Virus record (IMG/VR): IMGVR_UViG_3300001730_000003
Coordinates: 1-48,717 of that record
Origin: a virus
Lineage: Duplodnaviria > Caudoviricetes
Length of the DNA stretch: 48,717 bases
Reading direction: 5' to 3' (one strand)
Made by a program: the position numbers and the translations under genes. Positions 26,107 to 35,359 of the stretch are shown one piece after another. The notes beneath the pieces were generated by a model that saw nothing but the letters and a program-made list of their open reading frames with translations, did no database searches and was not told where the DNA came from. The stretch's first letter is position 1, and every line of letters begins with the position of its first letter.

Positions 26107-26490
26107 TCAAACCTTCCAGGCGGCGACGACCCGCACGAACCGACGATTGATTTCGACCGTACCACGCTCCAATCGGACGGCAAAGCCTTCTCCGGTGCAA
26201 AGCGCACCTACCTCGACCTCCCCGAGATCGATCACTGCCACGTCGCCACGGTCGGGTTTGCCCGTCAGCGGAAGCCCGACCAGATCGATCAAGCCTGCAT
26301 GCCCACCATGATCGTCCACGTGCCGCATCGCACCTGCTTCATCGTCATAGGTACCTCTGAACAGGCTCGCCACATCAAGGTGCCCTGCCGCCGCGAGATA
26401 GTCGCCTACGGACAGCAAGCAGTCCGATACGCCCCAGACGTGCGACCCGCGGCGCCATTCGGCCAGCGTGCGATCGACATGATCCATCAT
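26107..26490 (-). CDS. Tail assembly NlpC/P60-like protein
   Basis: WGVSDC, FRGTY, RGDVAV, AAWKV. Confidence 0.75.
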   Translation of the reverse strand: MMDHVDRTLAEWRRGSHVWGVSDCLLSVGDYLAAAGHLDVASLFRGTYDDEAGAMRHVDDHGGHAGLIDLVGLPLTGKPDRGDVAVIDLGEVEVGALCTGEGFAVRLERGTVEINRRFVRVVAAWKV

Positions 26491-27170
26491 TCGATCGTGA
26501 ATGTCTTGTTGGCGAGATCGGTCACGTATTCACAGCCAAGATCCGCTTGACTCGTTACCCCGAGTTGCCGTGCATATTCACGCTGGATGGTGTCAGTATA
26601 AGTGCGATTGGGTACACGTGAACGACCGAAATTTGCATCCTTCGCCGTCACCGACACTGTGTAAGAGCGAACCATGGTGCCCGCTTCGTTCAGTGTAACA
26701 CCTTCTGCGAAAGTCGGTGAAAACATCGTCAGTTGCTTGAAAAACTTAATCGGTGTCGTCGGTCGCAATCCCTCACCGTCCTTGAATATGGCGAGATAGC
26801 AAGTGAGGTTGCGGTTATAGACCCGCGACTGATCCGCTTTGAGCGCTTCATACAACTCTCCAGCACTCTCGCCCGGAATGTCCGGTATAGTCATCTTGAA
26901 CTGATATGCCGCACTCGACCCGTCACGACCGTCTTGCAGTCGCGGTGTCTGGTGAATATCCTGATCTCGCTCGTTGATCGTACCCAACCATTCAAGCGTA
27001 CCACTCGGATCGGACGGGTCGTTGGTAAACAGTCGACCCTTGCCTTGCCACATGTATGTCGGGTAATCGATGAAATCGTAAAACCATAGCCTACGCACTA
27101 CGACGCGAATATCGGACAGTACATCTTCATCGCCCAGATATTCTTCAAGGAGAGTATCGAAATCGCTCAT
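26487..27170 (-). CDS. Minor tail protein
   Basis: W.G.G motif, RTYTD..Q; synteny. Confidence 0.7.
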   Translation of the reverse strand: MSDFDTLLEEYLGDEDVLSDIRVVVRRLWFYDFIDYPTYMWQGKGRLFTNDPSDPSGTLEWLGTINERDQDIHQTPRLQDGRDGSSAAYQFKMTIPDIPGESAGELYEALKADQSRVYNRNLTCYLAIFKDGEGLRPTTPIKFFKQLTMFSPTFAEGVTLNEAGTMVRSYTVSVTAKDANFGRSRVPNRTYTDTIQREYARQLGVTSQADLGCEYVTDLANKTFTIE

Positions 27171-27832
27171 ACGACAGCCTCCGCAAAGACGATCTTGCCG
27201 ATCTGGATCGCGCCATTATTCTCAGCATCGTAAGTGGTTCGTACCGACTCCATGTTGCTTATCGTACCGAGGAAGTACGGCCTGAAGTACGCGGAATCAT
27301 TCACAGCGACATTGTTGCGAAGCGGCGGCTTCACCGTCATCGTGACTTGATCGGTTGCCGTATCATATGAAACGGCCATGATCTTATAGCAGTTGTTCAT
27401 ATGACCGATCACATGACCGCGGCGAGCGATGTCGCCCCAACCGCTCATATCGACGATGACTGTAGTTTCTCCCTCCAGAGCAGTCGCAGCAAATGTCGCG
27501 GTGATGTCACCAGACCACTTCACATCACCGGACCACAGGATGCCGTCTTCCCATGTCACGGAAGGCGATTTCGCACTGAGCACTTGCGGTGTCGGTGCTA
27601 GCCTGACCCGGAATACCTCACCGTTGCCCATTGACATAAGCCAACTGGTCGTGGGGTAGTCCCACTCCTGCACCTGAAGCGCAATCTGCATTTCAAGCAC
27701 GCTTCGGCCGCCCGGCTCAGGTGACAGCATGCGGACGAAGCCGGCAGTGTACCCACCCTCAGCAGCCGCCCCAGGCGCATGGAAAACCTGCTTGCTCACC
27801 GGAACGGTTGGGAAGTCGTAGATAGTTGTCAT
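27167..27832 (-). CDS. Distal tail protein-like
   Basis: Directly after the tape measure gene; V.PPLR motif. Confidence 0.65.
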   Translation of the reverse strand: MTTIYDFPTVPVSKQVFHAPGAAAEGGYTAGFVRMLSPEPGGRSVLEMQIALQVQEWDYPTTSWLMSMGNGEVFRVRLAPTPQVLSAKSPSVTWEDGILWSGDVKWSGDITATFAATALEGETTVIVDMSGWGDIARRGHVIGHMNNCYKIMAVSYDTATDQVTMTVKPPLRNNVAVNDSAYFRPYFLGTISNMESVRTTYDAENNGAIQIGKIVFAEAVV

Positions 27833-30576
27833 CCGGTGGTTCCGTTCCGCTGATAGTCGTTAAGGGTTTGAGGCATTTCACGAAGTGCATCCTGTTTCGC
27901 CTGAATTGCAAGCTGGCGCATTGTCTGGATCGCATCGTTGGTGCTGAATCCTTCGATTGTGAAACTCTGTTGCACAGTGATCTGCTGCACAGGCGCCGCA
28001 CTACGACCGCCCTGCACCTGCACACCAAGCGACCCATCACGACCGCGCTTGAGCGGCATGATCGCTTCCGGGCCAGCTTCGCCCATCAGGCCCGTACCCG
28101 ATGCGAACTTAAACAGAGTCGGGCTGTCGACGATCGAGTTGGTGAACGAGCCACCCTTGGAAAATGGGGTGATACCGTTGTCGTTTGCAGCGCCGAATGT
28201 ACCGCCGTTTGCCCATTTCGTCGGAGAACTGATGATCTCCCAAGGTGATTTACCCTTAGGTGCAACGAGGCCCTTGCTGCCTCCACCACCCAAAATGCTA
28301 CCCATGATACCACCGCCAGATCCGCCAAAAATCGCATCGAGCGCACTATTAAGTGCCATGTCGAGCGCCCGGTCGATGATACGGTTCAACGCGTTCAGGA
28401 CTGCGTTGGCGAACGCGGTGAACACATTCTGCCCCTGTCGCACGTTCTGCACCCACTCGGTGAAAACACCTTTGATGGTATCTTTGAGGAACTGCATTGT
28501 TTCTGCCAGGCGATCGATTTCATAGCGCTGTGCAGCATATGCTGCACCCGACGCTTCGATCGCTTTGATCTCATCTGGTGTCAGTTCGATGTGCTTACGC
28601 TTCGCAGCCACCAACCTCTCAGTCACGTAGGCGTACTGAATCGCTGCTTCGCCGGTCAGGCCAATCGCTGCGCGTTCACGATCTAGTTGCAACTGAAGAA
28701 TGTCGGCATCTTCGATCAACTTCTGCATGAACTGCGCGCGATCACGTTGTACAGTCTTATCAGCTATTGCCCCGGCTGCGGAATCGAACAGTGGCGTGCG
28801 AGCGTTGATATCGGCTTCGGACATGCCGGCAGAGCGCGCCTTGGCGAGCATTTCCGCCTTAGCTGCAGCATAGGCGAGTTCCCGCCCATATTTACCGATC
28901 AGATCGATTTCGTTCTGTAACCCGCGCAGTGTCGCCTGGTTGTCTTTGAACAATCCCTTCATGAACTCTGCGTTGTCTGCTGCTACTTTGGCATCGGCAT
29001 ACGCACCAGCAAGTTCCGCAACCTTCTGGCGAACACCCTCCGTGATCGGAATACCCTTCTGCTGTATCTGATTCAGCAGTTTGGTCTGCTGAGTCATCAT
29101 TGCTGCAGACCTTGCGGTGACATCGATGCCTGCCGCCAGTGCACGAGTCTTTTCAACTGCGATGTCGGCTTGCGCACCTGTGAACACATCCATCAGTTTT
29201 TCAGCGTCGGTTTTTCCACCCTTGCGCTTACTCGGCGTTATGAGGCTGTCGGTCAGTTTGCCTTGCGCGATGGACGTGAGAACGTCGTTGTTCGCGAACT
29301 CGTCCTGTCGCGCACGAGCAAGATCGAGCACTGCATTCTTGGTTTCGATGATGTCACGACCGGCCAACTGACCCGCTTTACCCAACGCATCAATGTTCGC
29401 GATGGTTTTGTCCGTGATGTCATTGAGACCCTTGAGCGTCAAACCGTTGTCATTCACCTTCGAGGTGAACTCGCCAAGCGTGTTGCTTAACGGCTTCAAG
29501 CGCCTGCGCAGATCGTCAACATTCTCGGTTGTCAACTGTGACATCGAAGTCACATCGCCGAACTCACCAGCGGCCATGGCTGGGCCATAGTTGCTCATGG
29601 TTTCGAGGAACGTGGGTTTCGCCACACCCTTGATCGCACTCGTCGCTTCCAGTCGTGCCCGCTGAGCAATCAGAATGTTCTGCTGAGCCTGTAGCTTGAT
29701 GGACTGTGCGAGCACGCTGTTCTGCTGCTCCATCTTGCCCGTAGTGATGTCGAACAGGCTCGCGAGCATCGACTGTGCGTTGCCGAACGCATCAGCTTGG
29801 CGCGCACCCTTCTCAAGTGTGTCGGCAAGTTCATCTGCGGCATTACCGGCGTCGAACGCTTTCATGCCCCACTGGATAAGCAGAGCGATGCCGGCCGTCA
29901 GAGCGATAGCGAACAAGTTGATCGGGCTCAGCAACTGAAGGATGCCTTTGCCGAGATTAGCCAAGCCGCCGCTCATTGCAGCACCCAACTGCGTTCCCTG
30001 CTGCAGTGCGATGAGCATCGGATTCATGCCCGCTGCTGCGGTAACACCGACATCCTGGAACTGTGCAGCGACGTTCCCTGGCGTTGCCTGCATGCGGTTG
30101 ATGTTGTCCGATGCGGATTTACCGAGCCGATCAAGTGCAGACTTGGACTGGTTTGCCGCTGGAGGCACGCCTTTCATGGTCGCATTGAACCGGCGCCACG
30201 CTGCGACATGGGCGTCCAGTTGACCGGTCGCACCGGATGCCGATGCGGCCACCTTGTTCAGATTCACCGCAGTCGACGATGCAGCACTGCCGGCACTCAG
30301 CATCGCTTTAGCGCTCAACGTCGCAGACCCGGCGATTTCCGAAACTGTGCTGCTGACCAATGTCGCACCCTGTGCTGCCCGACTGAGGCCACGGGTTAGG
30401 CCGGGTAGACCTGCAGCCGCCGTCCTAAGTCCGCTCGACATGCGACTTGTCGATGTGCTGGTAGCATTTGCAGCACCCGCCGCATCCTTGGCCGCTTTAC
30501 TCAGATCGCGCAGATCCTTCGAAGCGTCCTTGATCGGCTGTGTGGCAGCACTGAAGCCAAGTTCTGCGACGTTCAT
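27829..30576 (-). CDS. Tail tape measure protein (lambda-like)
   Basis: 915 aa, Ala-rich; NVAAQFQDVGV...P.LIALQQGTQL; C-terminal GLMGEAGPEAIMPL. Confidence 0.95.
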   Translation of the reverse strand: MNVAELGFSAATQPIKDASKDLRDLSKAAKDAAGAANATSTSTSRMSSGLRTAAAGLPGLTRGLSRAAQGATLVSSTVSEIAGSATLSAKAMLSAGSAASSTAVNLNKVAASASGATGQLDAHVAAWRRFNATMKGVPPAANQSKSALDRLGKSASDNINRMQATPGNVAAQFQDVGVTAAAGMNPMLIALQQGTQLGAAMSGGLANLGKGILQLLSPINLFAIALTAGIALLIQWGMKAFDAGNAADELADTLEKGARQADAFGNAQSMLASLFDITTGKMEQQNSVLAQSIKLQAQQNILIAQRARLEATSAIKGVAKPTFLETMSNYGPAMAAGEFGDVTSMSQLTTENVDDLRRRLKPLSNTLGEFTSKVNDNGLTLKGLNDITDKTIANIDALGKAGQLAGRDIIETKNAVLDLARARQDEFANNDVLTSIAQGKLTDSLITPSKRKGGKTDAEKLMDVFTGAQADIAVEKTRALAAGIDVTARSAAMMTQQTKLLNQIQQKGIPITEGVRQKVAELAGAYADAKVAADNAEFMKGLFKDNQATLRGLQNEIDLIGKYGRELAYAAAKAEMLAKARSAGMSEADINARTPLFDSAAGAIADKTVQRDRAQFMQKLIEDADILQLQLDRERAAIGLTGEAAIQYAYVTERLVAAKRKHIELTPDEIKAIEASGAAYAAQRYEIDRLAETMQFLKDTIKGVFTEWVQNVRQGQNVFTAFANAVLNALNRIIDRALDMALNSALDAIFGGSGGGIMGSILGGGGSKGLVAPKGKSPWEIISSPTKWANGGTFGAANDNGITPFSKGGSFTNSIVDSPTLFKFASGTGLMGEAGPEAIMPLKRGRDGSLGVQVQGGRSAAPVQQITVQQSFTIEGFSTNDAIQTMRQLAIQAKQDALREMPQTLNDYQRNGTTG

Positions 30577-30582
30577 CAGCGG

Positions 30583-30963
30583 CTACCTCTTGTTGCGATG
30601 TTCTTCCTCGCGTGCCTGATAATCGACGAGTTCCTTGTTCGTCTCGTCGCAATAAGCAGCGTCCATCGCACCGAGAATAGCATACTCGGACGGATAGACA
30701 ATCTCGCCCGTTGCAGCGACCCATGCAACGAACTCGGACGGGGGTATCGGTGTGCACACCCCGTCCTTGGTTCGCTGGAGTCTGTCGGACAGGTCGAAGT
30801 ACCATTCCCATATGTGGGCGCCCTCGGGCGGTACGATCAACTCTGGGCTGGTGCGGTCGACTGCTGCGTTTCTTTCCCGACGATTCTTGTCCATGTCCAG
30901 GGGCTTCATGTCATATCGCACGAGCACCCGTATCGCTGTGACAAGATCGTCGGTCAGAGTTGA
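30583..30963 (-). CDS. Tail assembly chaperone, frameshift (gpT-like) segment
   Basis: Open in the -1 frame from the slippery site at 30963-30969; IWEWYFDL, MDAAY. Confidence 0.75.
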   Translation of the reverse strand, partial: STLTDDLVTAIRVLVRYDMKPLDMDKNRRERNAAVDRTSPELIVPPEGAHIWEWYFDLSDRLQRTKDGVCTPIPPSEFVAWVAATGEIVYPSEYAILGAMDAAYCDETNKELVDYQAREEEHRNKR

Positions 30964-31379
30964 AAAAAATCCTTTTCCTCGTCGAGTTCAGTCGCGATCT
31001 GCCGACGCATCCACTGCAACCTGTCGATCACCCGGAAGAAGTTGCGCTGATTGAAGTCGGGCACTTCACCGTCGAAATCAGGCATCGCGTCAGGGTCATA
31101 CCCATCGTCGCCCTCGCTGCCGGTCGGATTGTACCAGTGCCAACCTTCACAGGCATTGAACATGAGGGTGTTTTCGTTTTGCTCGATGTCGGACGCCTTG
31201 AGCGGGCTGCCCTTCATCGCCGCCTTATTGCGCTTGTCCGTCATCTGACGCTTGAGCGCCTTCAGCTTCGGGTCATCGATCGAGCAAAGATCGATGCGAA
31301 TGCCGATAGGGTCATCCGTCACGGGGTGTTTGATTTCGATCTCTCGCGCAGTCGGGACGAGATTGCTGATGTCTGCCAT
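30954..31379 (-). CDS. Tail assembly chaperone (gpG-like)
   Basis: HPVT..PIG, ends KDFFQL; between tail tube and tape measure. Confidence 0.8.
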   Translation of the reverse strand: MADISNLVPTAREIEIKHPVTDDPIGIRIDLCSIDDPKLKALKRQMTDKRNKAAMKGSPLKASDIEQNENTLMFNACEGWHWYNPTGSEGDDGYDPDAMPDFDGEVPDFNQRNFFRVIDRLQWMRRQIATELDEEKDFFQL

Positions 31380-31392
31380 AGTGCGTCACTCC

Positions 31393-31428
31393 AAAAGAAA
31401 AGGCGGTGGCAAATTGCACCACCGCCTC
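31393..31428 (-). terminator. Intrinsic terminator-like hairpin after the tail tube gene
   Basis: Minus strand AGGCGGTGG-TGCAATTTG-CCACCGCCT followed by TTTCTTTT. Confidence 0.65.
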
Positions 31429-31512
31429 GAAACTGTCAATGTGGTAAGTGGGGCGGTATTCAGTGCGGCATGCTGATCCGCGCTTACTGACCGCCCCATG
31501 GCGTCACGCGCT

Positions 31513-32034
31513 TTACGGCGTGCCGTCGACCGGAGCGACCTTGATCTGGCGCTGCTGCAGACCGAGCGTGAAGATTTCCAGATCGAAATCCTCGTTGCGA
31601 CCGTTCGGTTCGCGCGGGCCGGCGACCAGGCCACGATTGTAACGAATGGTCGGGCTGCTGCCAACGAGCGCGTTCGGTGCGTCGTTACCCTCGGTCTTGA
31701 AGGCGTAATTGTAGTTGGTTGCGGCAGCGGTGCGCAGAGCGGTCTGACCGGTATCGCTCGGGCGGCGCTCGACTTCGATTTCGGGCGAGCCGGCGTCAGT
31801 CATACCCTTGGCCTTCTGGATCACGTCGGTGTCCCACGTGTCGTAGGTCAGGATGTTCGTATTGTCGCCCGTCTCGCCGAAGTTGCCGACACCCTTGATC
31901 TGGACCCAAGTGAGCCCTTCGAAGCCGCTCTGGTCGAGGTCGGTCGGTTGCGGGGTGGTGCAGATGTACAGCTTCCAGCCTGAATGGCTGTTGGCGAACC
32001 CGGCCAGCGCGGCCATTCCAAGCAGTGCTTTCAT
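31513..32034 (-). CDS. Major tail tube protein
   Basis: KLYICTT, LTWVQIKGVG.FGE.G, KAKG..DAG, D.GQ.AL; AGGAG RBS. Confidence 0.85.
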   Translation of the reverse strand: MKALLGMAALAGFANSHSGWKLYICTTPQPTDLDQSGFEGLTWVQIKGVGNFGETGDNTNILTYDTWDTDVIQKAKGMTDAGSPEIEVERRPSDTGQTALRTAAATNYNYAFKTEGNDAPNALVGSSPTIRYNRGLVAGPREPNGRNEDFDLEIFTLGLQQRQIKVAPVDGTP

Positions 32035-32038
32035 CGTG

Positions 32039-32455
32039 TTAACTCCTGGACGACAGATAGTAGATCGAACATGGGTAGAGTCGCTCGTCGCCTTCGCGCA
32101 ATACCCCTGTGAAATCGGGAATATCATAGACCTTGACATCGGACAAGATACGGTTCTTGTCGAAATACTCGACGATCGACGACAGCACACCGAGCGGGCT
32201 GTAAACCCCGGTCATCGTGTTCGGCCAATGCAGCACCAGTCGCAGGATGCCCTGATAGCGCTTCTCGTTGCCCCAGAAGTCACCGCGGCGATTGTTCGGC
32301 AACCAGACGATTTCGAGCCACTTCTGGTCGTTTGGCTTGGTGAACGCCACGTCCAGATACATGACCGGCAGTGATGGTGTCCCGCTCGCCGCAACAGCCG
32401 CAGTGACCGCCTTCTGCAAGGTGCTGATGATCGCAGAGTCGTCCATGAGTGGCAT
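32039..32455 (-). CDS. Tail terminator protein
   Basis: F.KP...KWL, YQGIL...L.WP; synteny. Confidence 0.7.
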   Translation of the reverse strand: MPLMDDSAIISTLQKAVTAAVAASGTPSLPVMYLDVAFTKPNDQKWLEIVWLPNNRRGDFWGNEKRYQGILRLVLHWPNTMTGVYSPLGVLSSIVEYFDKNRILSDVKVYDIPDFTGVLREGDERLYPCSIYYLSSRS

Positions 32456-32892
32456 CAGCGGTCTCCTGCGGCCCGACGCAGGCGCATCACGGCGTCGTCG
32501 ACGTACTTCTGCCAGTTTTGCACCGGGGCGTCCAGAAATCCATCGTAGGTGTTGCGGACTTCGGCATAATTGGCCGTCCACCCGTAGTAGAACACATCGC
32601 CCGGTTCGAGCGATGCGAGCACAGTGGTCACAGCATCACCGTCCCACGAGAACTGCCCGTTGACCGCATCGACCGGGCGCACGTTCGGTCCGCTGGGCAT
32701 CGATCCGAGCGCGGCACGACCGCTTGCAGACAGGAAACCGGTCTTGTAACGCATGCGCCCGCCGCGATCAGTCGTGGTCTGTGCATCGTTAGTCAGATTG
32801 TCGATGGCATCGCGAGCAACCATGAGCGCCCGTTCTTCGGCATCTGCGACCCAATTCTCGACAGTCGCGACGAATTGCTTGTTATCGGTCAT
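32455..32892 (-). CDS. HK97 gp10-like tail completion protein
   Basis: KTGFLSAS, GWTANYA, QNWQ.YV. Confidence 0.75.
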   Translation of the reverse strand: MTDNKQFVATVENWVADAEERALMVARDAIDNLTNDAQTTTDRGGRMRYKTGFLSASGRAALGSMPSGPNVRPVDAVNGQFSWDGDAVTTVLASLEPGDVFYYGWTANYAEVRNTYDGFLDAPVQNWQKYVDDAVMRLRRAAGDR

Positions 32893-33905
32893 CTCGCGCC
32901 CTCGAACCAATCCACTTTATAGCGCACCCGACACCGGCATCCAATCACTTCCTGACCGCCCGCCCCGAGCGATGTGTCGCCAGGGTGGAGCATATGTGCG
33001 CCAGTGACCGGCGACACGAACGCCTCATCGATCCCGACTGCCATTCCGTCCAGTTCCCGATGCGATGTGCGCGTGTGACCGTCATGCCGCGCAATCCATA
33101 TCTTCTGCACCTGCGAACGGGTGAGGCGACCTACTTCGACCGATTGCTTGATCGACAGCCACTCGGACTTGTTCAGCGCTGCAAGTGTCTCGGTGCGCCC
33201 GATCTGCTCGCCGCGGAACTTGAGTGCATTGTCGCGATACCGAGCGACCAGCTTGCCCACCGTGTCTGCCGGCAGCGGCTTCCCGCTCTCGATCGCCTTG
33301 AGCACAGTCTTGTCGAACCGCTTGTCGCGCAGACCCATGTCCAGATAGCCGGCATCGAGCGACAGGAGACGCTGGCGAGCGTTCGCGGCCCACTGCTGCT
33401 CACGTTGCCCCAGACCGATCGTGCCGCCCGTCCTGCGCCCTGTCTGCGGGTCAATGCGCCCGACTAGATCCAGAGCGGTATTGCGAGGATTGCGACCTTC
33501 GGCAAGACCTTGCTGGAGCGCCGCTTGCACAGCAGTGCGCGCATCACCTGTGATGTTCACGATGAGGCTGCTGCTCTCGTGAAACAACCATTCTTCGGCT
33601 CGCTTGTCGCGCATGTTGAACCTCGGCACCATCGTCACTCCATCACCTGCCGGGATGCGGACGGGCATCAACAGCAGCGCAGCCTGCCCACCTTGACCGA
33701 ACACGGACTGGATGGCTGCAATGAGCGGATTATACACGGGCTCCGTGATTCCGAGTGCACGAAATGCGCGATCGACATCATTCGCTTCAAGTGCAACGAT
33801 GACTTCCTTGAGCACCACATCATCAACAATCGTCTGGATTGCTTCACGAAACGCCTGCGCGATCTGCGGTGCAAGCTGAGCAAGCAGTTGCTCGAAACGG
33901 TCCAT
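32889..33905 (-). CDS. Mu gpF/SPP1 gp7-like head morphogenesis protein
   Basis: IGRTE, KIW...D..TR.SH..LDG, HPGD, IGCRC. Confidence 0.88.
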   Translation of the reverse strand: MDRFEQLLAQLAPQIAQAFREAIQTIVDDVVLKEVIVALEANDVDRAFRALGITEPVYNPLIAAIQSVFGQGGQAALLLMPVRIPAGDGVTMVPRFNMRDKRAEEWLFHESSSLIVNITGDARTAVQAALQQGLAEGRNPRNTALDLVGRIDPQTGRRTGGTIGLGQREQQWAANARQRLLSLDAGYLDMGLRDKRFDKTVLKAIESGKPLPADTVGKLVARYRDNALKFRGEQIGRTETLAALNKSEWLSIKQSVEVGRLTRSQVQKIWIARHDGHTRTSHRELDGMAVGIDEAFVSPVTGAHMLHPGDTSLGAGGQEVIGCRCRVRYKVDWFEGAR

Positions 33906-34270
33906 TATCGCCTCGCAAACGTCCGGTACGTGACAGGTGTACCCGCTGCCGGGATCGGGTCAAGTCGGACGATCTTGTGGCGTGATCCGTCGATGTCGAC
34001 GAACCCGCCGACTACAGGTACGACACTCAACGATCCCGGTATGGACAATTGCTTGTCGGTACTAACGATGTTGGTGCCATCAACATACTTGGTGCTGACG
34101 GTGCGCGCGAAACCATTGAACGGGTAACTCGTGACAGTGACAGTGCCCGGTGCGTCCGGTGTCGAACCTGCTGCGGCTTCTTCGACAACGTATGCGAGCG
34201 AACCTTGCTTCAGATCGGGGTCTGCTGCAAGTTCGTCGAAAATCGTCTGTGCGTCAGAATATACACTCAT
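33905..34270 (-). CDS. Head closure protein
   Basis: YVDGT.I...D, PIPAAG.PV; synteny. Confidence 0.7.
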   Translation of the reverse strand: MSVYSDAQTIFDELAADPDLKQGSLAYVVEEAAAGSTPDAPGTVTVTSYPFNGFARTVSTKYVDGTNIVSTDKQLSIPGSLSVVPVVGGFVDIDGSRHKIVRLDPIPAAGTPVTYRTFARR

Positions 34271-34275
34271 AAGTA

Positions 34276-34304
34276 TTGACCACCTTGCAAGCATGCGTTA
34301 GTTG
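34276..34304 (+). promoter_or_regulatory. Antisense-oriented sigma70-like promoter
   Basis: TTGACC-N17-TAGTTG. Confidence 0.5.
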
Positions 34305-34319
34305 TGCGTCACCTCAAAC

Positions 34320-34385
34320 ATGGAGCAGATCAAGGGCAACCCCGACCTCGCCGGCGCCGATACGCTCGTCTTCCGCACCAAGTAG
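34320..34385 (+). CDS. Putative 21-aa peptide MEQIKGNPDLAGADTLVFRTK
   Basis: Between promoter and terminator; all codons but one end in G/C. Confidence 0.45.
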   Translation: MEQIKGNPDLAGADTLVFRTK

Positions 34386-34407
34386 CCCCACGCCAGTCGG
34401 GTCGCAT

Positions 34408-34441
34408 GGGCCGCTGCATCACTCGGTGCAGCGGCCCTTTT
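34408..34441 (+). terminator. Intrinsic terminator
   Basis: GGGCCGCTGCA-tcactcgg-TGCAGCGGCCC followed by TTTT. Confidence 0.7.
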
Positions 34442-34932
34442 CATGCTCGATAAGACGCCCCGGACAGATTGGATCGACCGCCACTGTCGATCAGTACGGA
34501 CATGATCTCGGCGACGATCGGGAACTGCTTCTGCACGTCCGACGCCGACCGGTCGGCATAGCGCACGCTCAGCGCACCGTCGATCGATACGCTGGTGTAC
34601 TTGCTCGGAGTGTAGTCGACGCTCATTGCGCCGGGCGACTGCAGTTCGCGCAGTGCCAGTTCATAGGTCGCGTTGATCACCGCGGTCGGGATTGTGTCGT
34701 CTGCGATCGCGTACCCGTACACGTCCCACGCACCGATGCGCGGCCAGTCGCGTACTTGATCCTGACCACCCGTCTTGTAGCCCATGAAGTCTGCACGATA
34801 CTGTGCGTCGAGCCATTCGGACGCGACGACCAGGGCCGCATCTATCTCGCCGCTCGTATAATCCGACACGTCGCGACCACGTTCGGTGTGATAGGTCGAG
34901 AACCCACCGTTGGTGCCATACACGTCAGGCAT
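34441..34932 (-). CDS. Head-tail adaptor (DnaT-like family)
   Basis: Y...RG, AL..ASEWLD, Q...WPR, IP.AV..ATYELA. Confidence 0.8.
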   Translation of the reverse strand: MPDVYGTNGGFSTYHTERGRDVSDYTSGEIDAALVVASEWLDAQYRADFMGYKTGGQDQVRDWPRIGAWDVYGYAIADDTIPTAVINATYELALRELQSPGAMSVDYTPSKYTSVSIDGALSVRYADRSASDVQKQFPIVAEIMSVLIDSGGRSNLSGASYRA

Positions 34933-35263
34933 TGGTCAGCGCTTCGATCGCCTTGCCGGCTGCAGCCTGCGTCTTGTAGCCTTCCGGGTCGATACCTTCG
35001 ACATCCGTGATCGGCTTGCCGTGTTCGTCGACGACGATGAATTTGTTGTTGCCCTCTTTCATGACGAGCATGTTGGGCAGCGTGACATCGCTGACGGGCG
35101 AGACCGGGGCGACAGCGGCCGGCGTCGGGATCTTCGCGGTCCACTCGGACCACACGCGCTCCTTGGCAGGCTTCTCCTGGTCGAGATCGAACTGCTTCTG
35201 GTCCACGCGGACGGGGCCGTCGACACCTGCCTGCTTGCAAAGAACAACTCCACGTTCGGTCAT
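34925..35263 (-). CDS. Hypothetical virion-associated protein
   Basis: AGGAG RBS; directly after the capsid gene. Confidence 0.65.
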   Translation of the reverse strand: MTERGVVLCKQAGVDGPVRVDQKQFDLDQEKPAKERVWSEWTAKIPTPAAVAPVSPVSDVTLPNMLVMKEGNNKFIVVDEHGKPITDVEGIDPEGYKTQAAAGKAIEALTNA

Positions 35264-35359
35264 GCGTCATCTCCTTCCCCACGAACGTATCGAACAAATG
35301 ACCCCGGTGCCATGGGAAACACCGGGGCCACCGTGACGCACTCCTGTTGGAGTGATCTG

